Assembly (NCBI GenBank): GCA_041665025.1
Contig: JBAYJP010000002.1
Coordinates: 196,820 to 260,819, forward strand
Direction of reading: 5' to 3'
DNA: 64,000 nucleotides
Source: Candidatus Magasanikiibacteriota bacterium
Lineage (GTDB): Bacteria > Patescibacteriota > Patescibacteriia > Magasanikbacterales > UBA922
Shown here: positions 27,931 through 38,551 of the stretch, in pieces
How positions within the stretch are numbered: the stretch's first letter is position 1
Layout of the letters: the number at the start of each line of letters is the position of its first letter
Notes under the pieces: generated by a model
The model's database searches: none
What the model was told of the DNA's origin: nothing
What the model saw: the letters and a program-made list of their open reading frames with translations, nothing else
Program-made: the position numbers and the translations under genes

Positions 27931-28566
27931 CTATTTTTGATCTAAAAGGTTGATTTCAGTCAAAAGCGGGCAGTTTTTATGGGTACAGCGTGCGGAGCAG
28001 TATGTCCGACCGTATGCAATAAGACGGTTTGTGAGGTTAAACCATTCTTCTTTTGGAAAAATTTTTTGGAGATCCTGCTCAATTCTTTTGATATTTTTTT
28101 GTGTAGTCAAGCCAAACAAATGAGTTAATCGCCTCACATGCGTATCTACCGCGATACCCTCTATAATGCCATACGCATTCCCAAGTACCACAAGTGCAGT
28201 TTTTCTTCCTACTCCAGGAAACTTGATTAGTTCTTCTAGGGTTTTTGGCAATACACCGCCATGTATCTCATGCAGTATTTTTGCTGCTTGTCTTATGTGT
28301 CTGGCTTTGGTTTTGTAATAGTTTATCGACGATAAATTTTTTTCAAATGTCCTCGGATGTGCGTCCACATAATGTTGTAACGTTGGGTACTTTTGGAATA
28401 AATTTTTTGTAGCCTTATTTACTTGCGCGTCACTGGTTTGTGCAGAGAGCATGACTGCCACGAGCAATTCCCAATGGTTTGAAAATTTTAAAATAGTACC
28501 TGGAATGGGGAATAGGCGTTTGAGTTTTTTGAGAATAATTTTAGCATTTTGTTTGGCGTTATTCAT
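27931..28566 (-). CDS. nth: Endonuclease III (HhH-GPD with 4Fe-4S), ORF extends to 28605
   Basis: 'CSARCTHKNCPLL' Cys4 cluster, HhH 'LIKFPGVGRKTALVV', Lys in 'VDTHV'. Confidence 0.85.
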   Translation of the reverse strand: MNNAKQNAKIILKKLKRLFPIPGTILKFSNHWELLVAVMLSAQTSDAQVNKATKNLFQKYPTLQHYVDAHPRTFEKNLSSINYYKTKARHIRQAAKILHEIHGGVLPKTLEELIKFPGVGRKTALVVLGNAYGIIEGIAVDTHVRRLTHLFGLTTQKNIKRIEQDLQKIFPKEEWFNLTNRLIAYGRTYCSARCTHKNCPLLTEINLLDQK

Positions 28567-28622
28567 AGTTGAGAATATTTTATTCTTCATGTATAGTATG
28601 TGCATTCATCATAACAAGAATT

Positions 28623-29348
28623 ATGAGCATACGCCATCATTATAATCCTCACTTTATACACCATCACGTTTCTCCTTTCACGTCTCTTATTCGCGAGGTT
28701 GTGTTTGGTATGGAAGATGGCATGGTTTCTACCCTTGGCGCAGTGACAGGCATTGCTGCCGCCACACAGAATCATTCTACTGTTATACTTTCCGGTTTCA
28801 TTGTGGTAGCCGTAGAATCCATTTCTATGGGAGTTGGCTCTTATTTGTCCAACAAATCAGAGGCAGACGTTGAAAAGAGAAAATTGCATGAGGAAAGGAT
28901 TGAACTAAACGAATTTCCTGAAGAGGAAAGACAAGAATTGGAAGATATATATAAAAAAGATGGTTGGCCTGTCGATTTGGCTCATACTATGGCACAAGAG
29001 GCATCAAAAAGTAGGCACCTTTTTTTGCATGAGATGGCATGCCATGAGCTTGCCATATTTCCAGATGTAGATGAACATCCTGTAAAAAAAGGAGTGGCTA
29101 TGTTTTTTTCGTATGTTGCGGGCGGTGCTATTCCTCTCATCCCGTACCTAGTATTTAGTATAAAGACCGGTATTATCACTTCTATTATTATAACGCTTAT
29201 TGGGTTGTTTGCACTTGGTGTTGGCACAACAAGACTTACCAAGCGGAAATGGTGGAAAGCGGGTCTTGAAATGCTCATTCTCGCAAGTGTCGCGGCTATT
29301 ATTGGATATGCCGTAGGACAGCTAGCTGAAAATATTATAGGAAATTAG
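28623..29348 (+). CDS. VIT1/CCC1-family iron/manganese transporter (ORF extends to 28569)
   Basis: 'FGMEDGMVSTLGAVTGIAAA' VIT signature, TM-rich C-terminus. Confidence 0.7.
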   Translation: MSIRHHYNPHFIHHHVSPFTSLIREVVFGMEDGMVSTLGAVTGIAAATQNHSTVILSGFIVVAVESISMGVGSYLSNKSEADVEKRKLHEERIELNEFPEEERQELEDIYKKDGWPVDLAHTMAQEASKSRHLFLHEMACHELAIFPDVDEHPVKKGVAMFFSYVAGGAIPLIPYLVFSIKTGIITSIIITLIGLFALGVGTTRLTKRKWWKAGLEMLILASVAAIIGYAVGQLAENIIGN

Positions 29349-29353
29349 TTTTT

Positions 29354-30205
29354 TTATTTTTCAAGAGAGTATGTTGAATTGAAGTTGAAAATCATGTCTT
29401 CGTCTGACAACTGTTGTAATATCTTTTGTATGCGTGCTGGGTCATCTCCCAGCTTTTTTATTATTTGTCCCTTGGTGAGTGTGTTGTGGTTTGTGAGAAG
29501 TTTTAGGATGCTTCCGCGAATTTCTCTGTTAGATCCTTTGAATGCTGATTGCCTGGCGTAGTGTCTGCTTTTTATATTTGGATTTCCGTGCGTAGATTTT
29601 ATCATGGTTCCGTAGTCCATAAGCGCGCTATACCATTCTCGCGGATTTCGTATGTCCATTGTTTGTTCTACAAGAGGAAAAATATCTTTGTCAGAAATTA
29701 TTTTTTTGTCTGAAAAAAATTCATGAATAAACACGCTGCGTATATTTGTTTCAATAAAAATAGTTGGCTTGTTGAAAGCAAATGCACAGATAGAAGCGGC
29801 AGTGTTTGGCCCGATGCCAGGTAATTTTTTTAATGTTTCATCATTATCGGATAGTTTTCCTTTATAATCTCGTATAACAATTTCTGCAATCTTTTTTAGA
29901 AATAATGCGCGGCGATTATATCCCATGCCTTGCCAGGCCCTTAAAATTTCCGTTAAAGAAGCTTGTGCAAGAGATTTGAAATTAGGAAAGGCTTTGATAA
30001 ATTGAGGAAATTTTTCGGCCACTCTTTTTACCTGAGTTTGTTGTAACATTATTTCAGAAACCAAAATTCGATAAGGATTAAGAGACTTCCGCCAAGGGAA
30101 GTCCCGTTTATTTTTTTTGTAGTAAGAATATATTTTGTTTTGGAATTTTTTAATAGTCGTTGTTTCCAATTTGTCCGAGTTCCGGTGCATAGGGTGAGCT
30201 TTCAA
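29354..30205 (-). CDS. HhH-GPD DNA glycosylase, MutY-like (no NUDIX domain)
   Basis: 'FPWRKSLNPYRILVSEIMLQQTQV', HhH 'LPGIGPNTAASI'. Confidence 0.65.
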   Translation of the reverse strand: MKAHPMHRNSDKLETTTIKKFQNKIYSYYKKNKRDFPWRKSLNPYRILVSEIMLQQTQVKRVAEKFPQFIKAFPNFKSLAQASLTEILRAWQGMGYNRRALFLKKIAEIVIRDYKGKLSDNDETLKKLPGIGPNTAASICAFAFNKPTIFIETNIRSVFIHEFFSDKKIISDKDIFPLVEQTMDIRNPREWYSALMDYGTMIKSTHGNPNIKSRHYARQSAFKGSNREIRGSILKLLTNHNTLTKGQIIKKLGDDPARIQKILQQLSDEDMIFNFNSTYSLEK

Positions 30206-30806
30206 ATTTTTTATGTTCTAGTTTATGAAAGAAGATATCAAGAGATATTTTCAACCCAATAAGGATAATAAGAGCCGTTAATGAATTTCCCGTTATCGTT
30301 GTGATTCCTCCACCAAGTAATATGGTAAGATGAATAATAACAATTCTTTTGTATGGTTGTATAAATAAAAGTTTTGGGCTGACCTTTTTATATTCTCCTT
30401 TATTAATAAAATTGCGTATGTAAGAAACACCATGACTGACAAATAGCGAGATAATAGACAGAAAGATGAAAAGAACACCTGCGTCTGGTATGCCAAAAAA
30501 AGTAAAAACAAATATGCCATGGCCGAGGGTAAAAAATCCATAATGGAAGAGAAAAAAAGCAATAAAGAACCGCTTGTCCGGGTCAGGTTTGGAAACTCCT
30601 TCTACTGTGGTCATTGTCTTTCCTTGGGCTTTTGCCATTTTTATACAGTTGCATATACCGATGACGATGTTTTCAAACCAGTACATAAATAAGATAGTTG
30701 CAATATCCCAACGGAAAAACAAAACGCCGGCGAGCGGTAAGAGATTACTTATGATAAGTGAAATGAGAGGGGAACCATTTTTTAATTGGGCGATTTTACT
30801 TGGCAT
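30150..30806 (-). CDS. Polytopic membrane protein of unknown function
   Basis: 218 aa, ~6 hydrophobic helices. Confidence 0.45.
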   Translation of the reverse strand: MPSKIAQLKNGSPLISLIISNLLPLAGVLFFRWDIATILFMYWFENIVIGICNCIKMAKAQGKTMTTVEGVSKPDPDKRFFIAFFLFHYGFFTLGHGIFVFTFFGIPDAGVLFIFLSIISLFVSHGVSYIRNFINKGEYKKVSPKLLFIQPYKRIVIIHLTILLGGGITTITGNSLTALIILIGLKISLDIFFHKLEHKKFESSPYAPELGQIGNNDY

Positions 30807-31629
30807 ATTGTCTTGTGTAAACGTCTAGATATTTATCATAACATGTTTGTAATGTTTTAATTTCGTCGGTAATCATGTTAAATGAAGTTTCATTTATCAT
30901 ACGAATCGGGACGATTTTTCCTGATGTATTGGTAAAGAAAGCTCCATCAAAATCAAAAATATTCTTCAGTGCAATTTCTTGTTCAATGATTTCGTATCCA
31001 TTTTTTTCTGCACAGTCTATAACAGTTCGTCGTGTCACTCCGTCCAATACTGTTTCAACTGGCGGGGTATAGAGTTTTTTATCTTTGATGGTAAAAAAAT
31101 TTGATCGCGTCCCTTCGGTTACATTTCCATTATGGTCGATAAGTAATGCATCAAAACATTTTTGCTCCTGCGCTTTTTTGAAAATAATATAACTCGGGAG
31201 CATGTTAAGTGTTTTGGCTTCAGGCATGAAGCGCTCATAAGGGTATGTGATTGTTTTCACACCTTCCCGATATTCTTTTTTTTCTACAAATTTTGGTGCA
31301 AGTGTAAAAATATACAAGAGCGCGTCCTTAGCACTTTTCCCCCCAACCAAAATAATCTTTATATTTGAATCTGAGATATTATTTTTTTCTATAAGATTGT
31401 ACATCCATTTTTTTATCTCGTCTTTCTTCAAAAAATGGTCTAAACCTATTACTTCCGCAGAATGAAAAAGACGGTCGACATGGTCGTCAATGAAATATAC
31501 AAATTTTTTTCGAACTTTTAAATTTTCATATACACCAAAACCATAGGCAAACTCGATATGGTCTACTGCTAGTTTTGCGTCAGCCCTCTGTATGAGTTGT
31601 CCGTTGAGAGAACAATAATTCATAAACAT
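30796..31629 (-). CDS. Class IV aminotransferase (branched-chain / D-amino-acid aminotransferase family)
   Basis: 'EGTRSNFF' fold-type IV motif; 277 aa. Confidence 0.7.
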   Translation of the reverse strand: MFMNYCSLNGQLIQRADAKLAVDHIEFAYGFGVYENLKVRKKFVYFIDDHVDRLFHSAEVIGLDHFLKKDEIKKWMYNLIEKNNISDSNIKIILVGGKSAKDALLYIFTLAPKFVEKKEYREGVKTITYPYERFMPEAKTLNMLPSYIIFKKAQEQKCFDALLIDHNGNVTEGTRSNFFTIKDKKLYTPPVETVLDGVTRRTVIDCAEKNGYEIIEQEIALKNIFDFDGAFFTNTSGKIVPIRMINETSFNMITDEIKTLQTCYDKYLDVYTRQYAK

Positions 31630-31694
31630 TGATTACACAGATTTTAAGGGATTACACTGACATAGGCTCTAATCTATCTTCAGGGGGATCGGTA

Positions 31695-32480
31695 TTATAT
31701 ATCTATCTCAATTCCTATAGGGCAGTGATCTGAGCCATTTTGTTGGTCCCAAATAAATGCTGTTTTAACTTTTGGTAGAAGCCTTTTACTTGCGAGCACA
31801 TAATCAATACGCCATCCAATATTTCTTTTCCGCACGTTGAAGCGAAAACTCCACCAGGTATATTGAATTTTTTTTGGATTAAGCTCTCGATACGTGTCAA
31901 CAAATCCCGCTCTGAGAAATTTTGTCATCCACTTTCGTTCTTGGGGGGTGAAGCCAGCATTTTGTTCATTATCTTTTGGACGCGCAATGTCTATTTCTTC
32001 ATGTGCAACATTGTAGTCACCTATGGCAATAACCGGTTTTTTCTTATCTAATTTTTGTATATATTTTAAAAAATGGCCGTTGAATTCTTCTTTGAATGGT
32101 AAACGGGATAAATCATGTCGGGTGTTGGGGAAGTAGACATTTACAAGGTAAAATGCGTCAAATTCCAATGTTTGAATCCGTCCTTCGCCATTGAATTCCA
32201 TATGATTTGTATCTGTAGTGTGCCCTATAAACCGTTTTGCAAGCACGGATTTTTCTTTTAAGAGTGTCATAGTTCCTGCATACCCCGGACGTTTTGCAGA
32301 GTTCCAATATTCTGTGTATCCTCCAAAATCAAATTGAGTCTTTTCACGCATGGTATCAGCTATTTTTACTTCTTGAATACCGAGAATATCTGGCTTTTTG
32401 TCTATAAGAAAATCGGCAAATCCTTTTTTTCCGACTGCACGGATGCCATTGACGTTCCAAGAAAGGATAGAAAGCCTCAT
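31695..32480 (-). CDS. xth: Exodeoxyribonuclease III (AP endonuclease)
   Basis: 'LSILSWNVNGIRA', 'QEVK', C-terminal 'GSDHCPI'. Confidence 0.9.
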   Translation of the reverse strand: MRLSILSWNVNGIRAVGKKGFADFLIDKKPDILGIQEVKIADTMREKTQFDFGGYTEYWNSAKRPGYAGTMTLLKEKSVLAKRFIGHTTDTNHMEFNGEGRIQTLEFDAFYLVNVYFPNTRHDLSRLPFKEEFNGHFLKYIQKLDKKKPVIAIGDYNVAHEEIDIARPKDNEQNAGFTPQERKWMTKFLRAGFVDTYRELNPKKIQYTWWSFRFNVRKRNIGWRIDYVLASKRLLPKVKTAFIWDQQNGSDHCPIGIEIDI

Positions 32481-32489
32481 ACGTGTTTG

Positions 32490-32894
32490 TTATTCAATGA
32501 TTTTTATATATTCCAAATTTTGTATAAATTTTACGTAATTATCTGTACCATTTGAAATACATTGGTCGTGTATATCACAATACTGGGTAGTAATGTCACC
32601 CTTCATTTTGATAATTTTCCCGTCCAATTGTTCTTCGGTGAGTGACGTTTGTTTTACTTGTTCTTCTGACAGAAAGATATCGTTTACTATAATTTGGTCT
32701 CCTTTACTTAATCGTGCTGTCCCTTGCACAATTTGGTTTTTTTGAATCAAATCGTCTTTGGCTATTTGTGAGGAATCTGCTGAATTGTCTAGTGCGTTTT
32801 TGGAAGTAGGTGTGATATTTGAGGTTGCTGACGTACATCCCCAACCCATAAGAATTAGCGCGATTCCTGCACTATACATGAAAGATTTTTTCAT
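32490..32894 (-). CDS. Putative lipoprotein (ORF extends to 32930)
   Basis: 'MKKSFMYSAGIALILMGWGC' signal/lipobox-like. Confidence 0.45.
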   Translation of the reverse strand: MKKSFMYSAGIALILMGWGCTSATSNITPTSKNALDNSADSSQIAKDDLIQKNQIVQGTARLSKGDQIIVNDIFLSEEQVKQTSLTEEQLDGKIIKMKGDITTQYCDIHDQCISNGTDNYVKFIQNLEYIKIIE

Positions 32895-32919
32895 ATGGCC
32901 ATGATTAGAAATTATATTT

Positions 32920-33633
32920 TTATCGTGCATACTTCATGCTCAGATAAGACGTTCTTTTTTTCTCATCAAATTTTTCTATTGCGTATCGTAACATAGTTCT
33001 TGGCATATGTGTAGCGTGAAGTTTGAGGAATTTTTCCTCTGTTTGTATATCACGATTGCCAATTTCTCGGAGCATCCACCCTACTGCTTTGTGTATGAGG
33101 TCATGAGTGTCATGAAGTAATATTGCAGAGATGTTTAGTGTATCTTTAAAATCATTATTACGGATAAACGTAAATGTTGAGATAATCGCGATTCTTTTTT
33201 TCCAAAGATTTTTTGATCGTGCGAATGTATATAAAATTTTTCGTTGTTTTGGTTTGTCAAGCAAATATCGTCCGACAACATGGGGAGCAGAAATATCGAC
33301 CAGATCCCAGTTATTAATATATTTAGTGCTTTTTAAATACAGAGTACATGTGCGTTTTCGTGTGACATCATCTGCTTTGGGATATTTGTATACAAGAATA
33401 AGTAGAGCAAGCTGTCGATATTCGTGAATCGGACTTTGTAAAAGTTGTTGAACTGTGGAGAGTTCAATGTCCTTGTATTTTTTTGCGATAATCCGCATAG
33501 TTGGTCCGGTAACGCCAATAAATATATCACCTTCGCCGTATTGTCCTTTTTTTGTTTTAAAAAACCAAAGCGCATTTTTTGCACGTACCGGGTCAGCGTA
33601 CGACCTGAGCTCTTTTTGTATGTTTGCAAGTGA
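32920..33633 (-). CDS. DNA alkylation repair protein, AlkD/AlkC-like HEAT-repeat glycosylase (ORF extends to 33693)
   Basis: 'INNWDLVD' and 'KAVGWMLRE' motifs typical of AlkD family. Confidence 0.7.
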   Translation of the reverse strand, partial: SLANIQKELRSYADPVRAKNALWFFKTKKGQYGEGDIFIGVTGPTMRIIAKKYKDIELSTVQQLLQSPIHEYRQLALLILVYKYPKADDVTRKRTCTLYLKSTKYINNWDLVDISAPHVVGRYLLDKPKQRKILYTFARSKNLWKKRIAIISTFTFIRNNDFKDTLNISAILLHDTHDLIHKAVGWMLREIGNRDIQTEEKFLKLHATHMPRTMLRYAIEKFDEKKRTSYLSMKYAR

Positions 33634-33640
33634 CATATTT

Positions 33641-33925
33641 TTAGTTGAATGTAGGCCTTGTGTCTGGCTCATAATGCGCACGATCTGATCCAAATTGTTT
33701 TTTCAATTTTTCTTGTTGAGGTCCGAGGTCTAATTCCCAGTTGTAGGTGAGGCCAGGAAATTCTTCGGTCTCTATAATATGATAATGTGTTCCCCCACGA
33801 TTTTCAATGCTTACTTTTGCAACAGTTGCCAGTCCGCCTTTTCGGTCGTCTTCTCCATGGCTAAGAAACAGGTCAGAGGGAACATATATGTAGCCATTAG
33901 GAACCGGAGGTGGAAAAAAAGTCAT
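33641..33925 (-). CDS. Small hypothetical protein (94 aa from internal Met; longer ORF overlaps neighbour out of frame)
   Basis: ORF; possible remnant. Confidence 0.3.
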   Translation of the reverse strand: MTFFPPPVPNGYIYVPSDLFLSHGEDDRKGGLATVAKVSIENRGGTHYHIIETEEFPGLTYNWELDLGPQQEKLKKQFGSDRAHYEPDTRPTFN

Positions 33926-33942
33926 AGGTAAACACTGTAAAT

Positions 33943-34497
33943 TTATGAAGTTTTTAATATCTGGGCCTGGTAGATTGTCGCAACAAGTTGGATTATTCCC
34001 ATAATAATAAAAAGTGTGGAAAAAGAGAAATATGCAACGATAAGACCACCCATAACTACTGCTACACCGGTGACAATTTTTGCCCCGCCTTCGGCAAGCC
34101 CCCACTCAAACGTATCATGCTGTTTATCTTCATATCGCGCATATAGGGCATCCCAGGTGGGAGTAGCGAGTGCTGCAGCAATGCCAAGCCCTGCCTGGAC
34201 AAAAAATAAATGCCATGGCGAAGATACAAACAAATAAGCAAATGTGAATAGTGCATTTAACGCATATCCACATACCATGATTTTTTCTGTGTTTTTCTTT
34301 CCATCAGCAAATTTTCCCACTATAATATAGAAAATTCCACTCACAATAAGGTATGTAGCCCATGCCCACGTGATATCAAAAATATCACCCCCCATTTTTT
34401 CTGTGAAAATAGCAAAAAGGGGTCCGAGCATCCCTTCGCCCAAAAACCATATATTGGCTCCATACAAAAGAAGTTTGATTGGTCTATTGAGATGCAT
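33943..34497 (-). CDS. Six-helix membrane protein resembling half of an MFS transporter (possibly truncated)
   Basis: 184 aa, 6 predicted TM helices, 'GKFADGKK' loop. Confidence 0.4.
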   Translation of the reverse strand: MHLNRPIKLLLYGANIWFLGEGMLGPLFAIFTEKMGGDIFDITWAWATYLIVSGIFYIIVGKFADGKKNTEKIMVCGYALNALFTFAYLFVSSPWHLFFVQAGLGIAAALATPTWDALYARYEDKQHDTFEWGLAEGGAKIVTGVAVVMGGLIVAYFSFSTLFIIMGIIQLVATIYQAQILKTS

Positions 34498-34614
34498 AGC
34501 TTGAATTGATAAAATTTAATGCAGGCGTACTATATCATAGTTTTTGGTCTATTTCTACTCAAAAAAATCTTGATAATTCACATAAGAGCGGGTATACTAG
34601 AATCTCTTTTTACT

Positions 34615-36711
34615 ATGAATCTCAATTCAATTTTTTACCCCACATCAATCGCAATTATTGGCGCGTCTACAAAAGTCGGCAGTGTTGGTAATGATATTGT
34701 AAAAAATTTAGTCCAGCAGGGGTTTAAGGGGCGCATATATCCGGTAAACCCAAAGGCCGATACACTCTATGATTTGGAGTGTTTTCCAAATATTAATTCT
34801 ATCAATGATTCTGTTGAGTTGGCAGTTATTGTCGTGCCCGCGACAGCTGTGATTGAAGTAATGAAACAAGTAGCACAAAAAGGCGTGAAGGGAGTTGTGA
34901 TTATTTCTGCGGGGTTTCGAGAGGCAGGCAACGTGGAAGCTGAACAAGAAATAAAAAATATTTGTACAAAGCATGATATTGCCCTTATTGGGCCAAACTG
35001 TCTGGGCGTTATCAATGCGGAAAACAGTATGAATGCGTCGTTTGCCATGGTCATGCCTCAAAAAGGTAACGTCGCATTTATTTCCCAAAGCGGCGCATTA
35101 TGCACCGCAGTTTTGGATTATGCCCAAAAAGTCGGTATAGGCTTTTCAAAATTTGTGAGTGCGGGAAACAAAGCAGTCGTAGGCGAAGTAGAATTATTGG
35201 AATATTTGGCAGATGACCCCGAGACGTCGGTCATTGCGATGTATGTGGAACAACTGGTCGATGGAAATAAAATTATTGAAACAGCGCGGCACATTATTCA
35301 CGGCAAAAATCCAAAGCCAATTATTGTGATTAAATCAGGCAGAACTACTGACGGCGCATCTGCCTCGGCTTCTCACACAGGCGCGCTTGCAGGCAATGAC
35401 GCTGCGTATGAGGCGTTGTTTGAACAGGCAGGCATTATTCGTGCCGAGAGGATTTCTGAATTATTTGAGTATATTCGTGTATTTACTCACAATCCTTTAC
35501 CGCAAGGCAGACATGTCGCGATTATAACTAATGCAGGAGGTCCGGGAGTCTTGGCTACTGACGAAGCAATTGCCAGTGGTTTAACATTAGCCAGATTATC
35601 AGATATTTCGACTCAAACTTTAAAGGAACAACTGCCTCAATGCGCAAATATCCACAATCCCATTGATTTGCTCGGAGATGCAAAGGCAGACAGGTACAAA
35701 AAAGCATTTGAAATTCTTTTGGCTGATGAGAATGTCGATTCTCTCGCGATTATTCTTACGCCACAATCGATGACAGAAATAGAAGAAACGGCGCGCATGG
35801 TCATAGAAACACAAAAAAAGAGTGTGAAGCCTGTGGTGGTAAGTTTTGTCGGCGGCACCATGGTATCTCCAGCCATTAAACTTATGCGTGAAAATGGAGT
35901 TTGCATTATTGGTTTTCCTGAGCAATCAATCAAAGCCTTGGCAGCATTGACACAGTTTGCCGAATTAAAAAAACGCGATTATGATGGCTGCTTTGTATTT
36001 ACTGATGTTGATAAAAAATTTGTTAAGAAGTTTTTTAAAGATGCAAAAAAACAAGGAAGGATATCATTTCCTGAAGCCGAAGCATTGAAAGTCTTGGAAG
36101 CGTATAAATTTCCGTTGTTAAAAAGTGCCGTGGTTAAAACAAGAGAAGAAGCAGAAAAAATTGCCCCGTCCATTGGCTCTTTGTTTGCCATGAAAATTGT
36201 ATCAGAAGATATTTTGCACAAAACTGAGGCAGGCGGTGTGATGCTCAATGTTACGCTCGATCAAGTTGGAGATAAATTTGACACGATGTTGTCTGTGGTC
36301 AAGAAAAAAATGCCAGAGGCGAGATTGGATGGGGTATTGCTGGTTGAGATGGCGCCGGACAGTGTCGAAATGATTATTGGAAGCACGCGCGATCCAGGTC
36401 TCGGGCATGTAATCATGTGCGGGCTTGGCGGAATTTATGTAGAAGTTATGAAAGACGTTGCCTTTTGTCTTCCGCCCGTGAGCAGGCAAGATGTGTATCG
36501 CATGTTGGACAAATTAAAAGCAAAGAAAATGCTTGATGGTGCGCGTGGTGGATCTTCGCTTGATGTCGAGGCTCTTGTACAATGTGTGGGCAGACTTTCA
36601 CAGTTGCTTATTGATTTTCCTGAAATAAAAGAAATGGATATCAACCCCATTGCAGTCTTGCCAAAAGGACAAGGGGTGAGGGTATTAGATGAGAGGATAG
36701 TAATTGAATAG
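34615..36711 (+). CDS. acd: Acetyl-CoA synthetase (ADP-forming), fused alpha/beta subunits
   Basis: CoA-binding 'IAIIGASTKVGSVGNDIVKNLVQQGFKGRIYPVNPK', ligase-CoA and ATP-grasp halves; ORF extends to 34519 but ATG at 34615 fits homologs. Confidence 0.85.
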   Translation: MNLNSIFYPTSIAIIGASTKVGSVGNDIVKNLVQQGFKGRIYPVNPKADTLYDLECFPNINSINDSVELAVIVVPATAVIEVMKQVAQKGVKGVVIISAGFREAGNVEAEQEIKNICTKHDIALIGPNCLGVINAENSMNASFAMVMPQKGNVAFISQSGALCTAVLDYAQKVGIGFSKFVSAGNKAVVGEVELLEYLADDPETSVIAMYVEQLVDGNKIIETARHIIHGKNPKPIIVIKSGRTTDGASASASHTGALAGNDAAYEALFEQAGIIRAERISELFEYIRVFTHNPLPQGRHVAIITNAGGPGVLATDEAIASGLTLARLSDISTQTLKEQLPQCANIHNPIDLLGDAKADRYKKAFEILLADENVDSLAIILTPQSMTEIEETARMVIETQKKSVKPVVVSFVGGTMVSPAIKLMRENGVCIIGFPEQSIKALAALTQFAELKKRDYDGCFVFTDVDKKFVKKFFKDAKKQGRISFPEAEALKVLEAYKFPLLKSAVVKTREEAEKIAPSIGSLFAMKIVSEDILHKTEAGGVMLNVTLDQVGDKFDTMLSVVKKKMPEARLDGVLLVEMAPDSVEMIIGSTRDPGLGHVIMCGLGGIYVEVMKDVAFCLPPVSRQDVYRMLDKLKAKKMLDGARGGSSLDVEALVQCVGRLSQLLIDFPEIKEMDINPIAVLPKGQGVRVLDERIVIE

Positions 36712-36766
36712 AAATTTTCAATTTAAAAATATCCTTTGTAGGGATATTTTTATAATACACGATTCA

Positions 36767-37969
36767 TCAAGAAATAGACGCGGGAGGAAATATATCAGTT
36801 GGATCAGGTGTTATGGATTTTTTGTATGAGTGTCTACTCAAAAACCATGTGCCAACCATAAGTAATGCCCCAATAAGAAATGGATAATATGGCTGTATGC
36901 CAAATAAGGCGCCTCCGACTATAGGTCCGATGATAAGGCTCAATGAAAAAATAGATATACTGACGCCCATGACTTCGCCGTGCCGTCCGTCGCTTTTACT
37001 CACCATTTTGCTCGTAAGCACAACGCGCAATATGGACTGAGCAAATGCTACGCCTATAATTCCGGCTATAAATATGCCAAGCCACGGTATGCTCATGAGA
37101 AATAAACTTATTGCAAGTATAAAAATACTCCCATGTTCAAGTTGGTTTTCTTTGAAATATTTGAGCCACACACTTTTAAGCAAAAATCCTTGGTTGATGG
37201 TAAGTACGACGCCAACACCGGTCATAGAAATACCCGAAATTACGGCTCCAAACCCAAAGACTTTGTCGAGAAACAATGCAAAGACAGATTGATGCGCGGT
37301 TATTGCAATACCAAAAATAAACCAAACAAGAAAGTCAGAACGAAGATTTGCATTTCGTAAGCCACGCACAATAGGCGAGATAGGATTAATATCTATTTTG
37401 CCCACATGTTTTTCTGTATGGCTTTCGGGCAAGAAGAAATACGCAAGCAGAGCGTTTACTCCTGCCATAATCCCTACAAACCAAAAAGGTATCGCATGGC
37501 TGTATGTTGAGAGTAGTCCGCCTATCAAAGGTCCTACGATAAATGCCATGCCCACAATAGCTCCGATTGAACCAAGATTTGCCGTGCGTTCTTTGTCTGT
37601 CTTTGATAAGTCAGACAAATAACTTTGTGCAGTTGATATATTTCCTGCGGCAAGCCCGTCAATGATGCGACCGACAAACAATATCCATATGCTTGATGCT
37701 TCTGCAAATACAATCCAGCCGATTGCTGTAGAAATAATGCTTGCAATAAGAATAGGGCGGCGACCCAAGCGGTCTGACCACGCGCCGAGAAGCGGGGCGC
37801 TTACAAATGAACATGCGGCAAACACTGAAAATAGCAGCGTTACGGTAAAATCAGATACACCAAATGACTTCACGTAATAGGGAAGGATAGGAATGACAAT
37901 ACCCATGCCGAGTACGTCGACAAAGACGGTAAAGAGGATGATAGCTTTTTTTGATAAAAATTTGGGCAT
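36767..37969 (-). CDS. MFS transporter
   Basis: MFS motif A 'GAWSDRLGRRPIL', 12 TM pattern, 400 aa. Confidence 0.85.
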   Translation of the reverse strand: MPKFLSKKAIILFTVFVDVLGMGIVIPILPYYVKSFGVSDFTVTLLFSVFAACSFVSAPLLGAWSDRLGRRPILIASIISTAIGWIVFAEASSIWILFVGRIIDGLAAGNISTAQSYLSDLSKTDKERTANLGSIGAIVGMAFIVGPLIGGLLSTYSHAIPFWFVGIMAGVNALLAYFFLPESHTEKHVGKIDINPISPIVRGLRNANLRSDFLVWFIFGIAITAHQSVFALFLDKVFGFGAVISGISMTGVGVVLTINQGFLLKSVWLKYFKENQLEHGSIFILAISLFLMSIPWLGIFIAGIIGVAFAQSILRVVLTSKMVSKSDGRHGEVMGVSISIFSLSLIIGPIVGGALFGIQPYYPFLIGALLMVGTWFLSRHSYKKSITPDPTDIFPPASIS

Positions 37970-38074
37970 AGAAAATGTGTTTCTATAGTATACAGAGAAA
38001 TCTTATTGTACCAAAAAATGTATAAAAATTATAGCCCAGTAGGGTGTGAGGTGTGATATGTAATATGTATTTTG

Positions 38075-38160
38075 TCAATATGTTTTATTTACGACGCAGG
38101 TGAGAGAAAAGTAAATTCGCATTTACTTTTCCGAGCCGAGGAGTAACTACAGGATAATAT
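38075..38160 (-). repeat. ~95-nt repeat element copy B (see 8838-8937); GNRA hairpin gtaaat-GCGA-atttac with compensatory pair change
   Basis: Hand alignment ~90% identity to copy A. Confidence 0.7.
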
Positions 38161-38285
38161 ACCTCGCAGCTTGGTGCTAAAATTAATTTTTTATAAATTA
38201 CTGTAATACCTCGTGAGCTTGCTCTGAGGATTCTTTATATAAATAAAAACACTTTTTTAGGTGTTTATTATTTATGATAGTTTTT

Positions 38286-38333
<48 letters not shown>

Positions 38334-38356
38334 ACTTTTCTCGATCACGTATAGAG

Positions 38357-38443
38357 CGGAGGGAGCGAGATTTGAACTCGCGAACCAATTTCTTGGTTAA
38401 TGCTTTTCGAGAGCACCCCATTCAACCGCTCTGGCATCCCTCC
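38357..38443 (-). tRNA. tRNA-Ser (anticodon CGA), type II
   Basis: Manual fold: acceptor GGAGGGA/TCCCTCC, discriminator G, anticodon stem GTGCT/AGCAT, loop CTCGAAA, long variable arm, T-arm GCGAG-TTCAAAT-CTCGC. Confidence 0.8.
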
Positions 38444-38551
38444 GTTCTTCTACGTGACGAGGTGGCACCTTAAACCAACTCAGACACCACTCCATGCCTG
38501 GCTATTTTAGTATAGAATTAAGACAAAATCAATGGTTAAAAAAACGGAATG

